A DNA stretch of 64,000 bases from an uncultured delta proteobacterium (GTDB taxonomy: Bacteria; Myxococcota_A; Polyangia; Fen-1088), in the NCBI GenBank assembly GCA_963737265.1, contig CAVTRY010000011.1:1152001-1216000 (forward strand), in the 5' to 3' direction. How positions within the stretch are numbered: the stretch's first letter is position 1; each line of letters opens with the position of its first letter. The position numbers were made by a program, and so were the translations under genes. The notes beneath the pieces are model-generated. The model saw only the letters and a list, made by a program, of their open reading frames with translations, was not told where the DNA came from and ran no database searches. Below are positions 30,632 to 39,144 of the stretch, in pieces.

Positions 30632-31597
30632 GTGAGGCCCTCCCCTGAATTCCCTGCGCTGCTCGAGTCCTTCTTCGTGGACCATCTTCTGCGCCAGCGC
30701 CGGGCAAGTCAGCATACGGTGCAGAGTTATCGCGACACTTTCCGCCTGCTGCTAGCCTTCACAAAGCAACACCTGAAGAAGGCTCCCTCGGCGCTCGCAC
30801 TGGACGACCTCGACACGCCAGCGATTAGCGCGTTCCTGGATCACATAGAGAAGGAGCGTGGCAACTCTCCGCGCACGCGAAACGCCAGGCTCGCGGCGAT
30901 CCACTCCTTCTTCCAGTACGCCGCCCTGCAGGCGCCCGACCACAGCGCCGTCATCCAGAGGGTCCTGGCCATACAGGGCAAGAAGTACGATCGCGAGATC
31001 GTCCACTTTCTGTCCCGGCCCGAGATCGACGCGCTCCTCGAAGCTCCCGACAGAGCCACATGGTCCGGCAGGCGCGATCGCGCCCTGCTTCTCGTGGCCG
31101 TGCAGACCGGACTGCGCGTATCCGAGCTGACCGGGCTCCGCGTGCAGGACGTGGTCCTCGGAATCGGTGCGCACGTCCACTGCCTCGGCAAGGGTCGCAA
31201 GGAACGCTGCACGCCTCTGCGCAAAGAGGCCGTCGCTGTCCTCCGGGCGTGGCTGCGCGAACGCTCCGCCACCGCGACCGAGCCCCTCTTCCCCAACGCG
31301 CGGGGCGGTTTCCTCAGTCGCGACGGCGTCGAGTACCTGCTCGCGAAACACGTGCAGACCGCTCGGATCCGTTGCCCATCGCTGAAGGAGAAATGTGTGT
31401 CTCCGCACGTGCTGCGCCACTCGACGGCGATGGATCTCCTTCAAGCCGGTGTCGATAGCTCGGTGATCGCGCTCTGGCTTGGTCACGAGTCGGTCGAGAC
31501 CACGCAGATCTATTTCGCTGCCACGACGCCCTCGGGGACGCGACCCACTCGCTTCCGTCCCGATGACAAGCTCCTCGCCTTCCTACAGAGCCTTTGA
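30632..31597 (+). CDS. RitC tyrosine recombinase (short deletion near the C-terminus likely)
   Basis: TGLRVSE, GKGRKER, PHVLRH, WLGHES..TTQIY, DDKLLAFLQSL. Confidence 0.88.
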   Translation: MRPSPEFPALLESFFVDHLLRQRRASQHTVQSYRDTFRLLLAFTKQHLKKAPSALALDDLDTPAISAFLDHIEKERGNSPRTRNARLAAIHSFFQYAALQAPDHSAVIQRVLAIQGKKYDREIVHFLSRPEIDALLEAPDRATWSGRRDRALLLVAVQTGLRVSELTGLRVQDVVLGIGAHVHCLGKGRKERCTPLRKEAVAVLRAWLRERSATATEPLFPNARGGFLSRDGVEYLLAKHVQTARIRCPSLKEKCVSPHVLRHSTAMDLLQAGVDSSVIALWLGHESVETTQIYFAATTPSGTRPTRFRPDDKLLAFLQSL

Positions 31598-31690
31598 TTA
31601 TGCCGAGTCGGGTACTTAAACGAACCCGGAATCCTCGTGATTCCTGCATCCGATGGCGAACAACTCGGCATAACCGGGCACTCGGCATAA

Positions 31691-32370
31691 TGCCTGAAGG
31701 CGCGGATGGTCACACGACGGGTGATGCCGAGCTCGGCCGAGGCGCGGTGGACAGCGCGACGGACGGTGTCGGGGCAGAGCTGCTTGGCCGGGTTTTGCCC
31801 TGGGAACACCAGCGGCCCTGGCGGTTTGGCGAGCCGCCAATAGTCGCGCAGGGATTCGAGCAGCCGCTTCGGCAGCGTGACCAGGCGTGGGCGGTCGCCT
31901 TTGCCGTGGCGTACGTGGATGAGCCCCGTCTTGCCGTCAATGTCACCGCATTCGAGCGCCAGGATCTCCGAGATGCGCAGGCCGGTTCCGTAGGCGGTCA
32001 TGACGACCATGCGGCACACGAGGGGCTCGATTTTTCCGAGAAGTGCCTCGACCTCGGCGCGGCTGACGACGGCCGGAAGCTGCTGCTTGACCCGTGGCCA
32101 CGGGATGTTTTCGACCTCGGCGGGACGCTCCAGCGTGACCGCGTACAGGAAGTGCAAGCTGGCGACGTACAGTTTGATGGTGGATGGACTCTGCCCGCGC
32201 TCGTGCTGCGCGAGCAGGAATTGCCTGATCTCGGGCATGCCCATCTCGCCAGGTGGGCGCATGAAATGCCGAACGAATTTCGTTGCGCACCACAGGTAGC
32301 TTTCTTGCGTGCGAGGGGAGTACTCACGCAGCTTGAGATCGGACGCCATTTTCTCGTACAGTTGACCCAT
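31691..32370 (-). pseudogene. Tyrosine recombinase of the IS91-like element, N-terminal part
   Basis: SAM-like N-terminus YSPRTQESY, GTGLRISE, HGKGDRPR; stops at AFRH at the RIT junction. Confidence 0.9.
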
Positions 32371-32472
32371 GTTTCATCTCCTTGTGTCTGCCGGCGCCCG
32401 CCCATCGGGCGCCGGTACTCACAAGGTCAACCACAGACAAGCAAGCTCCGAAACTGCCGCGCTAGCGGCTTG

Positions 32473-32546
32473 GTTCAACAAGCCGTGGCACCTGACGATC
32501 GGTCGCCTTCGGCGCCCGCTCGCAGGTGAACGCCAGGGCGTTGGGC
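32473..32546 (+). other. attC fused to the end of the IS91-like element
   Basis: TAGCGGCTTGGTTC-AACAAGCCGTGGCACC..GGTGAAC..GTTGGGC. Confidence 0.85.
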
Positions 32547-32561
32547 GGACCAGGATCGATC

Positions 32562-33090
32562 ATGAACTCAGCAATTGTAAGCAAGCTGTTGACAGCCGGC
32601 GACCGAGGTCGTCTCGAGGACCTGTGCCGCGAATGCACCGATTTTTTTTGAGCTCGTCGAGGGCCAGCCGGGTGGAAGTGAGACGGCAGCCGAGATTCTC
32701 GGACCGCTTCCCTCGAACGTCACGTCTGGGGCAAAGAGCATCCTCGGTTTGGAGCGAGGCAAAGAGTTGATCGGTGTTGTGGAACTGTTGGCTGGATTTC
32801 CACTGCCCAATGAGTGGTACGCAGGTTTGCTCCTCCTTCGGCCTGATGCCCGATGTTCCGGTGTTGGAACAACTGTCTGGGAAAACTTGCGGGAAAGGAT
32901 GAAGATTGATGGCGCCGTGGCCACTCGACTCATCGTCCAAAAGCAGAACCCAGGAGCCAGACGATTTTGGGAACGGCAGGGCTTCGCTCTGGAGAAGGAA
33001 ATCGTAGCGAAGGTCGGGAAGCTGGAGAGCCAAGCCTGGCAGCTTCGTCTTTCCTTCGAAGCGGCCGCCCAACAAGCCGTTGCAGACTGA
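32562..33090 (+). CDS. Cassette: GNAT acetyltransferase, frameshifted in a T8 run (32642-32649)
   Basis: LLLLRPDARCSGVG..N..ARRFWERQGF; the upstream ATG frame joins if one T is removed. Confidence 0.8.
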
Positions 33091-33138
33091 CGGTCGGCCG
33101 CAGACGGCCGCCCGCCGCTGAACGGCAAGGCGTTCGGC
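33067..33138 (+). other. attC (short family)
   Basis: GCCCAAC..GTTGCAG..GCTGAAC..GTTCGGC. Confidence 0.93.
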
Positions 33139-33149
33139 GGACGCCGCGC

Positions 33150-33178
33150 TGGACGATGTTGTGAACATCGTTCATACT
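33150..33178 (+). promoter_or_regulatory. Cassette promoter with palindromic operator
   Basis: TGGACG-17-CATACT, 6 nt before the ATG; ACGATGTT-GTG-AACATCGT. Confidence 0.7.
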
Positions 33179-33184
33179 GAACGC

Positions 33185-33415
33185 ATGACGAAGCGCCTGC
33201 AGGCAATCGGAAACAGTGCCGGGATCATCATCGATCGGCCCATCCTCGACCTGCTCGGGATAACGCAGGATACTGACCTCGACCTCAAAACCGACGGGAA
33301 GCGACTGATCATCACCCCACTGGAGGGCGAGCGCTCCCGAGCAGGAAGGCTGGCAAAGGTACAGACGCGTGCACTGCGAAGGCATGCTGGGACATTCCGG
33401 AAGCTCGCGAAGTGA
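33185..33415 (+). CDS. AbrB/MazE-type antitoxin
   Basis: KRLQAIGNSAGIIID..LIITP. Confidence 0.88.
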   Translation: MTKRLQAIGNSAGIIIDRPILDLLGITQDTDLDLKTDGKRLIITPLEGERSRAGRLAKVQTRALRRHAGTFRKLAK

Positions 33416-33819
33416 AGACTGATACTGTCTTCCTGACGGTCAGCGAGGTGCTGGGTTTGCACTCCGACCAGATCCAAGAATTTGGTGGAGCTGCGGGGAT
33501 TCGGGACGAAGGACTCCTGGAGTCCGCAGTGGCCCAGGCGAGCACGACCTATGATGGCGAGTACCTGCACAACGGCCTATTTGAAATGGCGGCGGCGTAC
33601 GCGTTCCATATTGCGGAGAATCAGCCATTTCTCGACGGAAACAAGCGGACTGCCTTGAACGCCGCCATCGTCTTCCTGGGGCTGAACGGTTTTGATGTTG
33701 TAGATGACGAGGGCATGCTGTACGCCGCCATGATTGGCCTTAGCACCGGCGAATGGTCCAAGGGACGGATGGCAGCGCTGCTCGAACGTTTGTCGGAGCC
33801 GTGGAAAGACGCCATCTGA
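33412..33819 (+). CDS. Doc/Fic-family toxin
   Basis: GIRDEGLLESA, NQPFLDGNKRTA. Confidence 0.9.
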   Translation: MKTDTVFLTVSEVLGLHSDQIQEFGGAAGIRDEGLLESAVAQASTTYDGEYLHNGLFEMAAAYAFHIAENQPFLDGNKRTALNAAIVFLGLNGFDVVDDEGMLYAAMIGLSTGEWSKGRMAALLERLSEPWKDAI

Positions 33820-33828
33820 CTAAACGCC

Positions 33829-33890
33829 GCCGAACAAGACGTTGCAGACTGATGATCCCGCCGCAGGGACATTGGTGTAACATCAACGGG
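33829..33890 (+). other. Left half of an attC (interrupted)
   Basis: GCCGAACAAGACGTTGCAG..; no right arm follows. Confidence 0.8.
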
Positions 33891-33961
33891 GCTTTGATCG
33901 CCAATTCGGTTTTCGGCCCGAATTGCCGTGCAGCCAAGATCAATGCCAGGCAGCGAGAAAA

Positions 33962-34246
33962 TCATCGTGCCGCCACCGGAAATTCTGCACCATGACCACA
34001 GTGCGGACACGCGCCGGGAGGAGGATACTTTCCCGCGATCAGATCGTCGAACGGAACCATTGTCAGTCGCGAAACCTGAAAGGCCAGGTTGACGCTCACG
34101 GGGACTCGCTTCTTCTTCACGTTGATCATGGAGCCCATTGCAAACCCTAGAACCTTCGATAGCACCTTCCACCCGCCGGTGCGAATGCGCAGGAAGCGCA
34201 AGGCTACCCTTACGTGCTCCTGCTCTTCGGAGGTCAGCCTCTTCAT
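33962..34246 (-). CDS. Small XRE-like HTH protein with a CPHC knuckle
   Basis: GGAGG RBS; MKRLTSEEQ..GGWKVLSKVLG..CPHCG; overlaps the transposase stop. Confidence 0.65.
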   Translation of the reverse strand: MKRLTSEEQEHVRVALRFLRIRTGGWKVLSKVLGFAMGSMINVKKKRVPVSVNLAFQVSRLTMVPFDDLIAGKYPPPGACPHCGHGAEFPVAAR

Positions 34247-35481
34247 GCTGCAATCCTCGCCGAAAAGATCGGCTCGATGCCAAGCTCGCGCATGGCTTGC
34301 GCCAGCACGGCGAGGTTGTGGCACAAGATCTTGCAGAGGACTTCGTTTACCTGGGCGACGAACTTCTTGGAACGAACCGCGCCACCGAACTTCCTTTTGA
34401 CCGACGAGAAGACAGATTCGACATTCGACCGAAGGTGGTAGTGCGCCTGGAATTCGTCCTGACGGTAGATGAAGCAGCCCCACATCTTGCGCCACGACGC
34501 CGGGCCGCTTCCCTTGCTGTTGCTCTTGAAGGGGATGTAGGGAACCGCGCCAGCCGCTTCGACGGCGTCCAGGTTGGCACGCGAGAGATAGCCCTTGTCG
34601 GCCGACAGCTCGGCAACATCGAAGCGTTCCGCAGTCGAAGTGAGCAGCGCGGGAAGCTCCGGACAGTCGTTCGAGTTCGAGCCAGTGACCTTGATGGCGG
34701 TGACGATGCCGGTCTTGACTCCGACCATGGCGTGCGCCTTCAACCAAGCGTGTTCGCACATTTCCTTTCCGTACTTGGCGTCATACCAGCGGCGGTAGGT
34801 CGAAGTACCGAAGCCGGTCGAATCCACCGCGAAATTGCTCTCGATAGCGGCCAACGGGGCGGCGCTTTCCTCGATGAGCTTGATCAAGAGCGGCGCCATC
34901 TCGGCATTCTCGAAACGCTCGAACAGAGTGTTGAACTTGGGAGCCTTGGTGATGTGGCCGGCTTCGGCACACGCCTTGAGGTCGGTGCTGGCCCGGCGTC
35001 CACTGACCGTCGTGTAGATCTTCATGACCATCGCGTAGACGGCGTCAGAGAGTGGGATCGGCTTGGGGCCACGGCCGGTGTGCTCCGGGTTCTGGATGCC
35101 TTCGCAGAGGCCGTGCAAGAGATCCTGGACGATGCTCTTCTCGGAGCACTGGGCATCGTTGTAGTTCACCCAATCCTGGGTATATGTCTTGCGGGTCAGC
35201 GTGACGGACTCGGTGACGACCTGGGTACCGTCAGGCGTCGTCTCGATGGTCTTCGAGAGTTCGACGGCTTCCACGGCCCATATATGTTTGCACTTGCAGC
35301 GACGGGTTTCGTGGTCTGGGCAGGTGCAAGTTCCGGTCAGGGTGTTCACGAGATAGCCACCCGACGGCTGGGTCTGAGAGGGCACCATCCAAGTCATACC
35401 CGCGACCCGCTTGATGCGCTTGTCCGAGGAGAGAAGCAGTCCGCGCTCTTGCCGTCCGTCTTTCTTCATCGTCGATGTCAT
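34243..35481 (-). CDS. DDE transposase with N-terminal SWIM finger (IS5/ISNCY-like)
   Basis: CTCPD..CKH; AVDSTGF, SADKGY, YHLRSNVESVFSSVK. Confidence 0.88.
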   Translation of the reverse strand: MTSTMKKDGRQERGLLLSSDKRIKRVAGMTWMVPSQTQPSGGYLVNTLTGTCTCPDHETRRCKCKHIWAVEAVELSKTIETTPDGTQVVTESVTLTRKTYTQDWVNYNDAQCSEKSIVQDLLHGLCEGIQNPEHTGRGPKPIPLSDAVYAMVMKIYTTVSGRRASTDLKACAEAGHITKAPKFNTLFERFENAEMAPLLIKLIEESAAPLAAIESNFAVDSTGFGTSTYRRWYDAKYGKEMCEHAWLKAHAMVGVKTGIVTAIKVTGSNSNDCPELPALLTSTAERFDVAELSADKGYLSRANLDAVEAAGAVPYIPFKSNSKGSGPASWRKMWGCFIYRQDEFQAHYHLRSNVESVFSSVKRKFGGAVRSKKFVAQVNEVLCKILCHNLAVLAQAMRELGIEPIFSARIAA

Positions 35482-35567
35482 GTCTACAGTGTAGCCACAC
35501 CGTGGGCACACGTCAAGGAGAAAAAGAATGCTTGACCAAGATCCACATTGTGGCTACGCTGTAGCAC
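35482..35567. promoter_or_regulatory. Back-to-back sigma70-type promoters with a shared operator
   Basis: (+) TTGACC-17-TACGCT; (-) TTGACG-17-TACACT; both contain TGTGGCTACRCTGTAG. Confidence 0.8.
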
Positions 35568-35780
35568 ATGAGCAAGAAGAGCCAGCCCAAGACGCACAGA
35601 GTCATGCCATCGGCAAAACCAGTCAAGGACGAGATGATCCGGATGCGGATACCTGAGGATCAGAAGGTGGCCCTGGAAGCTGTAGCGAGCGGAGAGGGGT
35701 TGGATCTGTCTACCTGGCTTCGGCAATTGGCCCTACGGACAGCGGGGCTCCTACCAGGGGTCAGGACGGATCAGCGCTAA
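35568..35780 (+). CDS. Ribbon-helix-helix DNA-binding protein
   Basis: KDEMIRMRIPEDQKVALEAVASGEGLDLSTWLR. Confidence 0.75.
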   Translation: MSKKSQPKTHRVMPSAKPVKDEMIRMRIPEDQKVALEAVASGEGLDLSTWLRQLALRTAGLLPGVRTDQR

Positions 35781-37162
35781 TGGCGAACGAACGCCTTACG
35801 GAGAACATCGTTCGTGATCATCTTCGTCTCAAGGGAGGAGATGGGATCAAGGTTGAAGAACAGGCCAGCTTGGACCCTGTGATAGCGGCCGCTATGAAGA
35901 AGGCCAGCAAACACGGTGCTGGCACCGGAAAACCAGAGTTCATCGTTACACATCAAGAGGCACCTGACGAAGTCATCTTGTTCGAGTGTAAAGCTGATTC
36001 CGGTTTTCATGAAAGCGCGAGACGACGCGCCGGACAGGATTCCACCCCGGCAGATATCACAGCTTGCGCCGTCGACGGTGTTCTACACTACGCCAAGATC
36101 CTAGCCGCACATCGCAACGTGATCGCCGTTGCGGTAAGCGGCCAAAAGAAATCGGAACTTCGCGTTTCCACCTATCGCTGTGTCAAGGGTGCGGATACCC
36201 CAGAACCTCTACTAGAGGCGGATGGACGCCAAGTTGAACGACTGCTTTCTGTCAAGGAATACCTTCATCTGTTTAGAATGGATCGAGCCGTTATCCACCA
36301 AAATGTGGATCAGTTGATGGCACACACACGAGAGGTGCATAATTTTCTTCGTGACTACGCAAAAGTAACCGAGGCCGAAAAACCGCTTGTCATTTCGGCC
36401 ATCCTGTTGGCTCTTCAGCATCAAGCGTTCAAGAAGTCATGGAGCGTAACGACCGACCAAGATCTAGCCACAGCAACCTATGAGGCCGTAGAGAAGAGTG
36501 TACGACGGGCCATCAACGCATCGAAGCGCGAACTGATGATGGCCGCCTACTCTTTCTTAAAGACGCACCCAGAACTAACAAAGGAACGAACCCTCCACCC
36601 GAAGGGCCAACCCGCCATTGAGCAATCGCCGCTTCGTTATCTCATCCAGGACATCGAAGCTCAGGTCTTACCGTTCGCAGAGATGTACCCAGACTTCGAT
36701 GTAATCGGGCAGTTCTACGCGGAATTTCTGCGGTACACCGGCGGGGATGGCAAGGGACTCGGCATTGTGCTTACGCCTAGGCATCTGACCGAATTATTCG
36801 TCGAGATCTCTCAGGTGAACAAGAAGGACACGGTGCTGGACCCGTGTGCTGGAACCGGCGGGTTCCTCATTTCCGCGATGATGGCTATGGACCGCCAGGC
36901 GCGCGGAGACGAGGAGATGAAGAAGGCAATTCACGAAAATCAGATCATCGGTGTTGAGCAAAGATCCGACATGTTCGCGTTGTGTGTATCGAATATGGTG
37001 CTCAGGGGTGACGGACGATCAAACCTTCACCGTGGTGACTGCTTCGATTCTGCAATTGCGGACCAGATCAGCAGTCCGTCGCGTGCGAAGATGCATCGAC
37101 CAAACAAGGGACTTCTTAATCCCCCATTCGCTCAGCGTGGTGAAGATCAGCATGATGCATGA
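35780..37162 (+). pseudogene. Fused endonuclease/N6-adenine methyltransferase (BcgIA-like), truncated after NPPF
   Basis: PE..FECK nuclease motif, GIVLTPRH, DPCAGTGGFL, NPPF, then stop. Confidence 0.8.
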
Positions 37163-37370
37163 TCCGACGGAACTGCTCAAAGTCGCCGAGCTTTCAGGAC
37201 TCCTCGACGCGGCCAGCAGTGCGGTGCAAACAAACTGGGCGACCGTGAAGGACTGGAAACTTGAATCGCGCTACACTCGTTCGGTGAATCCCGCCACCGT
37301 CATCGCCTTTCTCGACGCGCTTGATCATCCCACGGATGGGGTACTTCCATGGCTTCGCAGTCACTGCTAA
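37155..37370 (+). pseudogene. C-terminal fragment of a HEPN-like protein
   Basis: HDPTELL..NWATVKDWKLESRY..GVLPWL. Confidence 0.6.
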
Positions 37371-37759
37371 ACGCTCAGGTTGAGCAGGGAAAGACGACCT
37401 TGTCCGCATTGGATGCGGCGGGTCTGGACGTCCGCGCGGCCTTCTGGATATTTGATGAGGAGAGCCAGACGTGGCGCTTCACGGTAGCGGAGCCAACAGT
37501 CGACACGAGGGGAACCCACGCGCTGTATGAGCTGATGGCTCGGGGTTTGGCCGGACAATCGGATGCGCTTCCCCTCCGTGAGATCTACGTGGTCTCATCG
37601 GATGACCAACTCGTTTCGCTCGTTCGAATGGCAATCGCCACACCCGGAAATGCGATCAGCGGGATCACCTTTTCCGGCAACGTCGTCATGGGAAACAGGA
37701 TCCCTGACATGTTCATCTACCGGATGTACAGGCCCCCAATCGCTAGAGCGGCCCCGTAG
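37349..37759 (+). CDS. Hypothetical protein, likely partner of the HEPN-like gene
   Basis: AAFWIFDEESQTWRF..MFIYR; overlaps the HEPN fragment and precedes an attC. Confidence 0.65.
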   Translation: MASQSLLNAQVEQGKTTLSALDAAGLDVRAAFWIFDEESQTWRFTVAEPTVDTRGTHALYELMARGLAGQSDALPLREIYVVSSDDQLVSLVRMAIATPGNAISGITFSGNVVMGNRIPDMFIYRMYRPPIARAAP

Positions 37760-37787
37760 CCAGAGGGCTCCACGGGCCGCGCGAGCC

Positions 37788-37891
37788 GCCGAACAAGCCG
37801 TTGCAGCTGTCAATCCCGCCGCCGGGACATCGTGTAGAATCGAGGCGCCGACTCGGCGGCGGGCTTGCAGCTGAACGGCAAGGCGTTCGGC
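37788..37891 (+). other. attC (long family)
   Basis: Near-identical to 18802 and 43954. Confidence 0.93.
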
Positions 37892-38102
37892 GGACGACGG
37901 ACGAGTCTCGGCGAAGAAGATGCGACGAAGCATTCTATTGTGCTGAACCGGGGGCGAGGGCGCCATCTCGCACTCCATGACGGTGGTGTCACGGTTGCGT
38001 CTTGGACGGCTACGCAACCCTTGAGGTTTGCCATGGCGCCTGCTTTGCGTAGGGCGCTCGAGAACACTGGAGACCAGAGACACGTTACGAAAGGCTTCAA
38101 CG

Positions 38103-38999
38103 ATGAGGAACACTGAAGTGCCGAGCCCTGTTGCCAATGATGGAAGTATCATCCGCATTACCAAGGGAAGATCGACTGGCTGTGGCCGTAGGCTGCACCA
38201 TGAGCCATCCACGGGCTCGCTTTGGGCAATCGGTTGCCTGCTTGTCGCGGGGTGGGCTTGCAGCAAGTCCGGAGGATCGTCCCAACGAGACGCGACGATC
38301 GATGCCGTGATGCCCTCAGGCGGAACAGCGGGTTCCACGATTCCGGGCGAGGTCGGAGGTACCACGCCCTCTGGGGGAGCCGCGGGCGCCAGCATGGGAG
38401 GGAACTCCGACTCGGACGCGCGTGCGGGTGGTTCAGGCGGCATCGGTGGCCTGCCTGGCGGCGGGGGCGCTCAAGGCACAGGTGGAATCGCCCCAACGGG
38501 CGGTACGATAGCGACTGGAGGAATTCAGGCGACAGGAGGAATCGCTGCAAGCGGCGGCACGTTGAATGCTGGCGGAACGCAGTCCACTGGGGGTATCGGT
38601 TCCACAGGCGGAATTCTGGGCACTGGAGGAATCACTACTCACGATGCAGCCGCGGACGTCAGCCAACTGATCAACGAAGCCGGCAATCCAATCTGTGGAG
38701 ACACGCTCTGTGGAACAGCCCAGTACTGTTGCAACAGCCCTTGCCAGCAATGCATGCCGAGCCCTGACACGTGCTCATTGCTCGTCTGTGGAACCGCAGA
38801 CGGCGGCACCTTCGATTCCTACCCCTCCGACTGCACTGCTGGGTACTCCGGAGACTCCACCTACTGCGGGACGTCCGCCACAACACCCCATTCCATCCAC
38901 TTCTACCAGTGTTCGACCAGCGTGTTGGCTCTGCCCTGTCGGAAGTTGTCGGTCGGCACAACTGGCGGCGCCTTTTGCTGCCCGGGAGCGACGTACTGA
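38103..38999 (+). CDS. Cassette: putative lipoprotein with GGxxxT repeats and a Cys-rich C-terminus
   Basis: LLVAGWAC lipobox-like segment, TGGxxx repeats, many Cys; start codon uncertain. Confidence 0.7.
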   Translation: MRNTEVPSPVANDGSIIRITKGRSTGCGRRLHHEPSTGSLWAIGCLLVAGWACSKSGGSSQRDATIDAVMPSGGTAGSTIPGEVGGTTPSGGAAGASMGGNSDSDARAGGSGGIGGLPGGGGAQGTGGIAPTGGTIATGGIQATGGIAASGGTLNAGGTQSTGGIGSTGGILGTGGITTHDAAADVSQLINEAGNPICGDTLCGTAQYCCNSPCQQCMPSPDTCSLLVCGTADGGTFDSYPSDCTAGYSGDSTYCGTSATTPHSIHFYQCSTSVLALPCRKLSVGTTGGAFCCPGATY

Positions 39000-39144
39000 A
39001 GCACGGGACAAGATCCGAATGGAATCGATCACTGGAAAGCAGCTCACTTTGACCTGCGCTCTGACGCCGTCGAACAAGCCGTTGCAGACTGATGGTCGGC
39101 CGCGGACGGCCGCTCGCAGCTTAGGCGCCGTCAAGAATTAACAT

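Larger units (their letters stand above)
26208..30635 (+). pseudogene. RitB recombinase interrupted by a Mu-like element
   Basis: MSTLCEGVEAYLSLRRRLGYKLDRS | GRLLLQFV..TGLRISE..TKFGKTR..HDLRH..YLGH..TYWY. Confidence 0.88.
22310..31690 (+). mobile_element. RIT element (recombinases in trio)
   Basis: Three tandem tyrosine recombinases; terminal IR TTATGCCGAGTGCCCGGTTATGCCGAGT; ATGCCTG at both junctions. Confidence 0.9.
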
